From: an uncultured Acidobacteriota bacterium
GTDB taxonomy: Bacteria; Acidobacteriota; Thermoanaerobaculia; Multivoradales; JAHEKO01
Assembly (NCBI GenBank): GCA_963713825.1
Contig: CAVQNG010000035.1
Span: forward strand, 1-21,934
Direction of reading: 5' to 3'
Length of the DNA: 21,934 bases
This document shows, piece after piece, positions 1 to 8,258 of this stretch (position 1 is its first letter; each line of letters begins with the position of its first letter). The notes below the pieces were generated by a model, which had not been told where the DNA came from, searched no databases, and saw only the letters and a program-made list of their open reading frames with translations. The position numbers were made by a program, and so were the translations under genes.

Positions 1-35
1 CCAGCCCTTTTCCTCCTTTTCGCTCCTAGCTAGAC

Positions 36-70
36 ACCGCTAACTCACTCTAGTAGAGTAGTTTACAGAG
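36..70 (+). repeat. Left imperfect terminal inverted repeat (35 bp)
   Basis: accgctaactcactctagtagagtagtttacagag aligns ungapped at 25/35 with the reverse complement of 21891-21925 (accgctaagtgcattttttacagtactttacaggg). Confidence 0.6.
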
Positions 71-144
71 ATACGTTTGGCGGCATCTCTCCCCGCAGTA
101 CCTACTGCACGCTGCGGCGTCGTACCGCTTGATTCGCTGGTTTT

Positions 145-166
145 TGGTTACCACTATGGTTACCAC
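145..166 (+). promoter_or_regulatory. Putative integrase arm-type binding sites (left)
   Basis: TGGTTACCAC twice with 12-bp period, just upstream of the integrase start; similar pair at 21856-21877. Confidence 0.6.
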
Positions 167-201
167 TTTCGCGAGTCTCGGGTTGGAAGGAAGATCGCTG
201 A

Positions 202-1548
202 ATGCCGAGAACGAGCAAGGACCTCACCAAGCGCGAGCTCGATTCCCTCCGCCGCCAAGCCCAGCGAGATCCCGAGTTTCGGGCAATGAGGGCGGACGGA
301 GGGCAGGCAGGCCTGTGTGTCCGGGTCCGTGGCGGCCGCGTCGAGTTCTGGTTCCGGACCCGCCGGCCGGGCGGCAAGCGCGTCATGCGGCGCATCGGCA
401 ACTTCGGCGACCTGACCCTCGATCAGGCTCGGGAGACGGCGCAGGAGTGGCACTGGATCAGGTCCTCGAGGCGCGACGTCGTCCAGGTCCTCGACGAGCG
501 CGAGCGCGAGGCGGTGACGGTAGGGGACATCGTGGACGCGTACCTCCAAGACTTCCGCCAGCGAGTCGAGACCGGTGCCCGCCGAGGCAAGCGCTCGAGT
601 TACACCGAGGCCGAGCGGATGCTCACCAAGCGCGTCGTCCCGAAACTCGGCGGCATGCCGGTGCGGAGCCTCACTGCCGAGCGGGTCCGCGCCCTCCATC
701 GCAGCATGAGCGACACCCCGGGCGCGGCCAATCGCATGCTCACTGCTCTCGGAGCGGCCCTCGCCTTCAGTCAGCGCGAAGGCCTGGTATCTGCCGACTT
801 CAGCAACCCGTGTGGCCACGTCCAGCGATTTCGCGAGGAGGGCCGCCGGCGCTCTCTCACCCGCGAGGAGCTCGGGCGGCTCGGTACTGTCCTGGCCGAT
901 GCGGCGACCTCCGGCAAGGTGGAGGTTGAGGACAAAGCACACAAAGTCCACCCATCCGTCATCCTGACCGTTCGCCTCCTGGCCCTGACCGGCCTCCGCC
1001 GCGGCGAGCTGCTCGGCAGTCCCCACGCCGAGAGAAGGGGAGGTGTTGACGGGCTGCGATGGAAGGACGTTGACCTCGACGCCGGAGTCGTCACGCTCGC
1101 GGATTCCAAGACCGGCTCCCAACGCCGCGTCATCGGCCAGGCCGCCGCCGATCTCCTCCGCGAGGCCAAGCCCAAGTCAGCCCACCCTGACGACTGCGTC
1201 TGCCCAGGCCCCAAGGACCGCCGCAAGCCCTACCGAGCCATCAATAACGCCCGACGCCTCATCTGGAAAGCCGCGGAGCTTCCGCTCGAGCGCGGCTGTG
1301 ATCTGCATTCTTTACGCCACTCCTTCGCCAGCATAGGTGCCCATGTCCACAACGGACGCTACGCGGCCTTTGTCGCCCCGCTGCTGGGCCACGGCTACCA
1401 GAAGCGCTCGATCACAGAGCGCTACATCCACCAGAACCCGGAAGCCCTACAGCCTGCCGCCGACGCTATCGCAGATGCCATCGCACTTCTCCTTGGCCTT
1501 GTCGGAAAGGGCAAAGTCGTTGCGATCACACGCACTGGGTCGGCCTGA
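202..1548 (+). CDS. int: Tyrosine recombinase/integrase with N-terminal arm-binding domain
   Basis: 448 aa. N-terminal GLCVRVR...FWFR...RIGNFGDLTLDQARE arm domain; catalytic GLRRGE (R), SKTG (K), HSLRH, LGH, ERY; RBS ggaagg upstream. Confidence 0.95.
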   Translation: MPRTSKDLTKRELDSLRRQAQRDPEFRAMRADGGQAGLCVRVRGGRVEFWFRTRRPGGKRVMRRIGNFGDLTLDQARETAQEWHWIRSSRRDVVQVLDEREREAVTVGDIVDAYLQDFRQRVETGARRGKRSSYTEAERMLTKRVVPKLGGMPVRSLTAERVRALHRSMSDTPGAANRMLTALGAALAFSQREGLVSADFSNPCGHVQRFREEGRRRSLTREELGRLGTVLADAATSGKVEVEDKAHKVHPSVILTVRLLALTGLRRGELLGSPHAERRGGVDGLRWKDVDLDAGVVTLADSKTGSQRRVIGQAAADLLREAKPKSAHPDDCVCPGPKDRRKPYRAINNARRLIWKAAELPLERGCDLHSLRHSFASIGAHVHNGRYAAFVAPLLGHGYQKRSITERYIHQNPEALQPAADAIADAIALLLGLVGKGKVVAITRTGSA

Positions 1549-1623
1549 GCGGCTCGCTAGGTGGCCGTAGGTTCGGTACGGCAAGTACATCCGACAAGGG
1601 CGACATATTGGATGCGCCTAGCC

Positions 1624-1740
1624 CGTCCTATCCAAGAATGGGATCATATGTAACTTGAACTCAGAGAATCGGTTACGCGCGGGTTGAGTCCGCCATGGAG
1701 AGGCGATTCGTACCCCTAGGCCGATTATTGGCACCCTACG
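1624..1740. repeat. Repeat unit A, copy 1 (bounded by inward-facing 24-bp motifs)
   Basis: Aligns with 4108-4225 and 6791-6907 (cgtcctatcc...ctcagagaa...ggttacg...gatt cgtacccc). Confidence 0.85.
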
Positions 1741-1913
1741 GGAAAGAGGACGCTCGGGTCTTCGTGCGACCGGGATTTGAGCTTCTATGTCAGGATTTTT
1801 GGGCTCTGCGGCAACTATACTAGTAGAGGCAACCACATCACGAGCCTGCTTTGCACAGCAGGAACGGAACCTTAACCTCGCTGAAGGAGTCTAGTGTACA
1901 TAAAGGAGTCCCT

Positions 1914-2588
1914 ATGAGACAGAACTTGTGCACAACTGTACTACTTGTCTCCGTTCTGGCTGTTACGAGTTTCTTGTTCCTGTGTTGCGGTGGGCTATTC
2001 GCAGAGGAGGGAAGCTCCAAGGTGAGCTTCTTCTTCCCGAGCGACCCAGAGTTCGTCGTCCTTGAGTATCACTATGGCTACAGCTCTGGAATCCCGCCGT
2101 TGAGAGTGTCGGGCGACGGGACCGTCCGTGCTTACAAGAGATGGGCTTCCTATAGTGCTGCACCCACCCTAGAGGAGCGTGTCTTGATTCCGGCGGGCAC
2201 GCATACTGCCCAGTTGTCGTTCGATGAAATCAACGATCTCATTCGACGCTTACTGGACACCGGTCTGCTCGCATTCGACGAGGATCTGGTGCAAGCGCAG
2301 CTAAGAGAAGCCCGGCGCATAGAGCGAGAGGAAACCGGTATCGGGCACACGACGGGCGACGCAGGAGTCCATGCGATCTATTTGCGCCTCCAGGAGATTC
2401 GTTTCTCGCCAGACGCAGAGCCGGTCAAAGACTACGAATTGCGGGTTCTCTGGCGGGAGCGCGACTTGGATCTGGACCGGGCCGTAGAGCTCTACCCTGA
2501 GATTACGGAATTAGGACGATTCCATGACGCAATCACGATTCTCCGAGGCATTTACAACGACACTATCCAGAGCACAGCTTCTGAATAG
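1914..2588 (+). CDS. Secreted hypothetical protein
   Basis: ATG 1914 with RBS aaggag; hydrophobic N-terminal signal peptide; 12 bp upstream of the protease gene. Confidence 0.8.
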   Translation: MRQNLCTTVLLVSVLAVTSFLFLCCGGLFAEEGSSKVSFFFPSDPEFVVLEYHYGYSSGIPPLRVSGDGTVRAYKRWASYSAAPTLEERVLIPAGTHTAQLSFDEINDLIRRLLDTGLLAFDEDLVQAQLREARRIEREETGIGHTTGDAGVHAIYLRLQEIRFSPDAEPVKDYELRVLWRERDLDLDRAVELYPEITELGRFHDAITILRGIYNDTIQSTASE

Positions 2589-2600
2589 GGAGCACCCATT

Positions 2601-3661
2601 GTGAATGCTTCCCTACAACGTCTCTTCGTCATTGGCTTGTTAGTGCCCATTGAAGCTCTCGTGGCCGGTGTCTTCAACCTAGGCCCAACCTACCCTGTGG
2701 AAAGTGTCTTGCACCCCATGGGCTATACCGGGCAGCCGGGACAGCTCACCGTTACCGTCTGCATTGACCCGGCTTCACCCTTTGCAGCCCAGGCATCGGC
2801 ACCCCTGGAAAGGGCACTCCAAACTTGGAACGCATTGACAGGGGAAGGGCCGAACCGGGTCACCGGCAGCTCAGAGATTCCCCCAGGATCGGCGGATTTC
2901 GAGTCGGTTGCTCTACATGAGCTTGGTCACTGTGCCATGGGCCTGGGTCACACAAATCTTGGCTCGAGCCTAGATCCTATCCAGGTACTTTTCTACTATC
3001 ACGCCACCAAGTCATTCGAAGGGCCAAACGGAGTCTTCAATTTTGACTCGATTGGGGCGGATGGGTCCTGGGGTACTGGGGACGATCTGCGCGGCGACGA
3101 TATCAACAAGAACTTCTTCAACGTCAGTACCAATGACCCCTTTGCTTTGCCTCTACCTTCTGATATCGACTCCTCAACTTACTCTGTGATTATTGGGAAT
3201 CTGCCCGGTGGGGTACTTTCTCCGCAAACGGATCGTTCGTAGTCGGAGATACCCTCGGCTATCCCGACACGGGAGCCGTGATGTTTGATAGGTATGACGC
3301 CCAGGTCGAAGCTCGGAAACTCGCCGCTGACGATGAAGCAACGGTGCGCTATGGCATGAGTGGACTTGACGAGCATGAGAACTCCCTGGACGACTATACG
3401 ATTCACCTGGAGTTCCTCGATGCTACAGATGTCTGTGATATCCCTATAACGTTCGCTCCTATTCTGCCAAATCCTCCTCTTGTCCTCGGGCGCTGTCTTC
3501 CCCAGGACGAGTTGATCAGTAACAACCACTATCGGTTGACCGATGTCTCGCTAACATTCAATGACGCCGCGCCGTGGTGGTTCGGGGTTTCTCCCGACTT
3601 GATTTTCAGTGACGGCTTCGAGTCCGGCGATACCTCCGCCTGGGACGACACGGTTCCCTAG
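2601..3661 (+). pseudogene. Secreted matrixin-like (metzincin) metalloprotease, split by a 1-bp frameshift
   Basis: Signal peptide; HELGHCAMGLGH zinc motif. Adding one base at GGGG 3210-3213 gives LPGGGTFSANGSFVVGDTLGYPDTGAVM (Met-turn), continuing into ORF 3278-3661, which ends LIFSDGFESGDTSAWDDTVP. Confidence 0.85.
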
Positions 3662-3885
3662 TCGATAAGCGTCGCGGGGATGCTTCCTGCTCTTGGGCGG
3701 TAGATCCTCGGCGTGTGCGGGGAACACTCATTCACTCACACCTTTTGTACCTGTCCATTTCTCATCCGTCCTGTAGCCAGCAGTCTTAGCGCCAGTGGCG
3801 GATATCCTCACCGCGAGATGATTCGCCTTCTTGGAGTGCTGCTCCGATCCGCCGCGGCCGCCCCAAAAGACCCGACAGTGTTCCC

Positions 3886-3960
3886 CGTAGGGTGCCAAAA
3901 GTCGGCCGACATAGCTAAAACCGAGCCTCGCATGGACGATCTGGCCGCCTCGGCTTATCC
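3886..3960 (+). repeat. Partial copy of the repeat region
   Basis: cgtagggtgccaaaagtcggccga... is similar to 4202-4280 and 6884-6907. Confidence 0.7.
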
Positions 3961-3994
3961 TACTGACCCTCCCCCCGTTTCCGCGCAATCAGGA

Positions 3995-4105
3995 TTAGGG
4001 TTCGGAGCCAGCAGCAGCGATCTGCCTTGAACTGCCCCGAACCTCCCTGCGAGGTCGGGCTTGGACGTGGGGTGGAGAAGGGCAAAGGAGCAGTCCGGTG
4101 TCAGT
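3995..4105 (-). pseudogene. repA: 3' remnant (36 codons + stop) of a second repA allele
   Basis: Translates TDTGLLLCPSPPHVQAR...GSEP*, versus TDAGLLLYPSPPHVQAR in the repA at 6925-7047 (15/17 identical). Confidence 0.85.
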
Positions 4106-4107
4106 CT

Positions 4108-4439
4108 CGTCCTACCCGAAAACAGGATCGTGGTGCAATTCAACCTCAGAGAACCGGGTTACGTGAGGGTAGACTTTGCCAATGAGGGCCGACTCTTACC
4201 CCGTAGGATGCCAAAACTCGGCCGATGCAGGCAAGACCGGGCCTAACCTCGACAAGTCGGATCCCTCGGCCGATTTATTGCACCATACGCCGTCCTATCC
4301 GTGAATTCGGGCTTGGGCATCCGGCGATGCTAGCAGCCACTCGTCCCCGGATTTCTGCAACAACGCCACACGAACCTACTTTCGGATAGGACGGGTTTTG
4401 GCGACCGACAGCTAGTCGGCCGAATTCTCGGATAGGACG
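4108..4439. repeat. Repeat unit A copy 2 plus cluster of direct and inverted 24-bp motifs
   Basis: Motif tips at 4108, 4202 and 4291 (+) and 4289, 4393 and 4439 (-); perfect 11-bp inverted pair cgtcctatccg (4291) / cggataggacg (ending 4393 and 4439). Confidence 0.85.
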
Positions 4440-4674
4440 AGAAACGCCGCGTGACCCGCCCTAGGGAGTGGGTTTAGCCACCCGGTCGGGCAGCGGTGGG
4501 AATTCCCAATGGGTAGTTTTGCTCAAGAGGTGTCAGATATCGGAGTGTTCAGGGAACATCATAGTATAAGGAAGGATGCTCGGAATCCACCGTCGAGCTC
4601 GCAGGGTTGCGACAATTGGGTTGCGGGAGCTGGGGGCAGACGATGCACATCCGCGTGAATTCCGGAGATCTAGT

Positions 4675-5385
4675 ATGAGTGACTCGCGCGAGGGGACAAG
4701 GGCTCCCAGAACGGGGACAGATGATGAGCACCTCAGAGGTCTCCGCGCCCTGGAAAAGTATGGGTTTGGGCCACTGGCCCCTATCGGGCAACACCGGGTG
4801 TATGAGGATATGGCCAATGTGTTCACTCAGGGGAAGCAGGCTAACCGATTCTGCATCGTAAGTTGGGGGCGGCTGAAGGTCTGTTTCCAGACCCATGACG
4901 GCCGCTCGTTGACTCTGGGTCTTGTTGGCCCCGGACAAGTGGTCGGCTTCGCAAGCGCTTTGGGGGGGCGGCTTCGGTGAACCTGTGTCGTAGCGCTTCA
5001 GGAGACTGGATGCTTGATCCTGCTCCGGGATCGGTTTCTAGAGTTTCTCTCGAAGGAGCCTCACCTCCTAGGCGATCTCCTGCCCTTGTTGACACGCAAC
5101 CTGGTCGGATGCACTAATTGCCTTGCAGAATCCGGTTGCACCCGGGTGGAAACACGGATCGCTCGCGTGTTCAAAAGCCTCCTGAGGGACCCCGAGGTGG
5201 GCGTTCAGGAGACGGGCCAGATTTCCTTGCGCCTGTCCCGGAGGGAGCTTGCGGACCTGGCCGGAACGACCGTGGAATCCTGCAGCCGGGTAATGAGTAC
5301 ATGGCGACGGAAGCAGATTCTGGTGACAAGCGATGAAGGGTTCCTCATCAAGGACCTATCCGCTATCCAGAGGCTGGGGCAGTAG
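4675..5385 (+). pseudogene. Crp/Fnr-family transcription regulator with in-frame TGA at 4978-4980
   Basis: ORFs 4576-4980 and 5014-5385 share a frame. cNMP-type domain (VFTQG...IVSWGRLKV...GPGQVVG) plus HTH LSRRELADLAGTTVESCSRVM; RBS ggag before ATG 4675; 8 Cys. Confidence 0.85.
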
Positions 5386-5458
5386 CAAGGAGTCAGAGCA
5401 TCCTGACTCAGCCTGCTAGTGCCCCTAGAATCAACATTGGCCATCACATCGGAGCCCT

Positions 5459-5490
5459 TTGACCGCGGTCAACTGGTTGATCGTGGTCAT
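5459..5490. promoter_or_regulatory. Two FNR-type boxes
   Basis: TTGAC-cgcg-GTCAA (5459-5472, perfect palindrome) and TTGAT-cgtg-GTCAT (5477-5490); FNR consensus is TTGAT-N4-ATCAA. Confidence 0.7.
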
Positions 5491-5570
5491 TGTCAGTCGA
5501 TGGCGAGAGTTGTTGAATGTCCTGAGGGGCTCAGAAACTCTGAGTCCTAAGTCATTCAAAGGAGGTGCAG

Positions 5571-6152
5571 ATGCCGATGAAGCTCGTTGTACTTGCGGCG
5601 ATAGGGCTCGTTGCATCCTCTGTTTTGGCTCAAGTAGGGCCTACGACAGTGACCCTCGGCGAGGGCTCGAACAGGGTTGAGTTCAAAGAGGAGCTTTCAG
5701 GACAGCAGATTCCTGAGTATATGGTGGTAGCGCAGTTCTTTCGAACTGCAGCGCTTCTCCGCGAAGCGCCGAATATCGGCTATGAAGTGTTCCTCGGCAG
5801 ATTCGGTATTCAACCAGAAAGTAAATGGGACGGAATCGTAGAGGAGGCGATCCTCGCTGCAAAGCCGATTCTTGAGAGGAAGACAGTCGATTTCTCGCTT
5901 GCAGACGATGAGGCTGCTTTCAGGAGTCACCAGGCTTGGGCCGAAGACGAGAAGGCTCGAGACTTTGCGCACGTATATAGGAAGCTTCTGGCTGATTTGC
6001 GCAAGGCGGACTATCCGATGGGGCAATGGGAGAAGTCTCTGAACGAAAGGGTCCGGGAGAATATGAGCATTCACATGACCGACCCTGAGTCAGATCGTGC
6101 TGCATTGAATCGAGTGGCAGAGGCGTTCGACGAGGAATTGAGGAATAATTGA
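5571..6152 (+). CDS. Secreted hypothetical protein, module partner A1 (paralog of 12058-12657)
   Basis: RBS ggaggt; signal peptide MKLVVLAAIGLVASSVLA; shares LSGxxxPxxMV...F...AA...Y..F...FGI with A2. Confidence 0.85.
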   Translation: MPMKLVVLAAIGLVASSVLAQVGPTTVTLGEGSNRVEFKEELSGQQIPEYMVVAQFFRTAALLREAPNIGYEVFLGRFGIQPESKWDGIVEEAILAAKPILERKTVDFSLADDEAAFRSHQAWAEDEKARDFAHVYRKLLADLRKADYPMGQWEKSLNERVRENMSIHMTDPESDRAALNRVAEAFDEELRNN

Positions 6153-6174
6153 GATGGCGCTGGAGGAGACAACA

Positions 6175-6609
6175 ATGAAGAACTGTATCCTGTTCGTTCT
6201 CATTTTCGTGCTGGGTCTTGTATCGCCAGGCTATGCAACTGATGCCATAGTGTCTGGAGAGGCGTATGGGGCGCAGGATGGTCATTGCACCGCAGCGTTT
6301 GCTGCGGGTCACTCAGTTGAGATGTTTAACATCGATCCAGACCATGAGGACCTGTTCTTTCGGGTAGTCGGAGACATTAACGATTACACACGTAACCGCA
6401 CTATTGGTCCAGGCTGCGGAACAACTGGGGCACTAAACCAGACACAGTCCTTGGCCTGTTTCAGCGAAGGACGGGGTAGATGCGACATGAGGTACCCCAT
6501 GGAGTACGGGGCGTTGAGCGAAGGCGGCATAGTTACTATTGGCGGCAGCGCCTACCACTATGATGCTCAAACCCCTGATTTGCTCATTTGCCATATCTGG
6601 CTGCCCTGA
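6175..6609 (+). CDS. Small secreted Cys-containing protein, module partner B1
   Basis: RBS ggagga; signal peptide ending PGYA; CGT-x11-C-x7-CD plus a near-C-terminal Cys. Confidence 0.85.
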   Translation: MKNCILFVLIFVLGLVSPGYATDAIVSGEAYGAQDGHCTAAFAAGHSVEMFNIDPDHEDLFFRVVGDINDYTRNRTIGPGCGTTGALNQTQSLACFSEGRGRCDMRYPMEYGALSEGGIVTIGGSAYHYDAQTPDLLICHIWLP

Positions 6610-6790
6610 GCACTTTCTCGATGTCCAATCACTTCACCCGCCGGATGAAGTGCATGCCGTAGATGGCGTCGCCATCGCGGAGCAAATCCCTGGTAGTCGT
6701 ATCGTGGGGAAAGGCGTGGATGATCTGCAGAAAGGCGATCTTGGGGTCCTTCGTGTTCTGAGGCCCGACTCTGCAAGAAGGAGGCGAGGG

Positions 6791-6907
6791 CGTCCTATCC
6801 GAAAATAAGATCGTGTTGCAAATCATACTCAGAGAATGGGTTACGTGCGGGTAGGGTTCGCGAATGAGAGCCGATTCGTACCCCGCAGGGTGCCAATGAT
6901 TGACCCA
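6791..6907 (+). repeat. Repeat unit A, copy 3
   Basis: Aligns with 4108-4225 and 1624-1720; lies just past the repA stop codon. Confidence 0.85.
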
Positions 6908-6924
6908 CACCTCACTTGGCCCAG

Positions 6925-8018
6925 TTATCGCACCCGTTGGACTTGGGATCGACCTGCAGCGAGCTGCGTGTGACTGCCCCAATCCCCATTCTGGGTCCGG
7001 GCTTGAACGTGGGGTGGAGAAGGGTAAAGCAGCAGGCCGGCGTCGGTTAGCCGGAGGCGGACAGCGGGGCAGACGCATACGACTTCGCGAAGGCGTGTGC
7101 AGAAACTCCGACGAAAATCCCGAGACCGAGAATAGGCAGCACCAAACTGGTCCTCCAGGGCCTTCCATGGAATCAGGCACGGCCGCCGGAGGTAGCTCAT
7201 CCGGTGAGTGAGCCAGATGTAGATGTCGATTGCCAGCCGAGAGTTCTTCAGGAGTTCGATGGCTCGGAGATCTACGGGTACGGCGGAGCGGGTGATTTCC
7301 TGAAAGAACTGGCGACTGAGGACAAGCTCCGCATTCCAGGTTGGTTTTCGCCATTGGAAGCACGCCTTGAGGAGCTCAAGAGTGGGGTCGCTAGACGTGA
7401 TCAGGCCGCGACCGCTCTCTAGCGTTCGGAAGTCCTTGGAGTATTGCCACTGGAATCGGGTGGAGACGAGGCGCTGAAGTTGGTCGTCAAGTCGCCTGGC
7501 AGTGCCGCGCAGCCCGCTGATCGGCGTAAGACCAAGCCTGCGAGCCAAGTCGTTGGGAGTGCGTCCAAGATCGATCTCGGGGCTCTTCGTACAAACAGCT
7601 TGGGTGGTTAGATAGATGAGGATAAGGCAGGATAGAGACCGTAAGGAAGGCCGATCGAGCGATGCGCGTCGAGGCGCAGGGCGTAGCGTCCATTGGTTCT
7701 TTCGAAGCGACGATCCGTCGGTCGGCTGTGATGAAGGGTCGCGAGGACTAGGATGCGGGGCATGAAGCCGAGGGGCTAGCCGAGGCGGTCTTCGAGAGAC
7801 TCCGCGAAGAGCCTTCGGTCTACCTCCTGCCGGAATACGAAGTCCCTTCTTCTCAGTACGAGGTGCTGGAAGAGTGCCGCCAGAAAGAGCGACTGCCGGT
7901 GGTTTTGAGCGGCGGTTGACCATCTCTTACAGCTGTAGTACGATGGTTCGCCATCGACTTCGACCCGTTTGGGTGTGGCCTTGACAGTTACCGGAAAGGA
8001 GCATCGGACTTGGACCAT
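6925..8018 (-). pseudogene. repA: Plasmid replication initiator RepA (RepA_C family), disrupted
   Basis: Reconstructed LGFMPRILVLATL.HS...FERTNG...GLPYGLYP/RLILIYLTTQAV...FFQEITRSAVPVDLRAI...LAIDIYIWLTHR. TAG at 7776-7778 and a 1-bp frameshift at 7628/7629. Start position uncertain. Confidence 0.85.
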
Positions 8019-8258
8019 CGGATTTCAAAGGCGCATCGCCGGATCGCCACTCGCGACCCGAGTGCACTTCTCAATCAGAGCCAGGCCGCTTCCCTAATCG
8101 GAGTCTCCGAGCGCACGTTGGAGTGCTGGCGCTGGAAGGGTAACGGTCCGGCGTTCGTAAAGATCTCGAGTCGGGCTGTCAGGTATCGGCGCCAGGACAT
8201 CGAGAAGTGGGTGAGCGACCGGATTCAGCGCTCAACGAGTGAAGAGCTGCCCAGGTGA
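8010..8258 (+). CDS. AlpA/excisionase-like helix-turn-helix protein
   Basis: LLNQSQAASLIGVSERTLECWR..G.GPAFVKI..RAVRYRRQDIEKW pattern; overlaps the next gene (GTGA). Confidence 0.9.
   Translation: MDHRISKAHRRIATRDPSALLNQSQAASLIGVSERTLECWRWKGNGPAFVKISSRAVRYRRQDIEKWVSDRIQRSTSEELPR

Noticed and set aside
1-10. ccagccct at 1-8 and 21887-21894 as an att core or tRNA 3' end
   Set aside because: Only 8 bp; the right copy lies inside the terminal repeat region rather than outside it, and no tRNA is visible in the window.
129-1226. Long alternative ORFs over the integrase (129-929 +, 160-1122 -, 771-1226 -)
   Set aside because: Shadow frames of a GC-rich gene with no motifs.
3713-4030. 105-aa ORF / possible transposase N-terminal remnant (MIRLLGVLLRS)
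   Set aside because: Runs through repeats and the repA remnant; the resemblance is too short to support.
5390-5409. gagtcag/ctgactc hairpin as an intrinsic terminator
   Set aside because: No U-tract follows; function unsupported.
6610-6780. Possible remnant of an integrase-core IS element
   Set aside because: Only a recalled resemblance; no catalytic motif, and cannot be supported without a search.
1624-6907. Repeats as a CRISPR array or integron attC sites
   Set aside because: Irregular spacing, mixed orientation and degenerate copies; no cas genes, no RYYYAAC/GTTRRRY boxes, and the integrase is arm-type rather than IntI.
6925-7923. 332-aa ORF as an intact RepA
   Set aside because: Its first ~98 aa are out of frame; the true RepA N-terminal motifs (LGFM, GLPYG) are in another frame.
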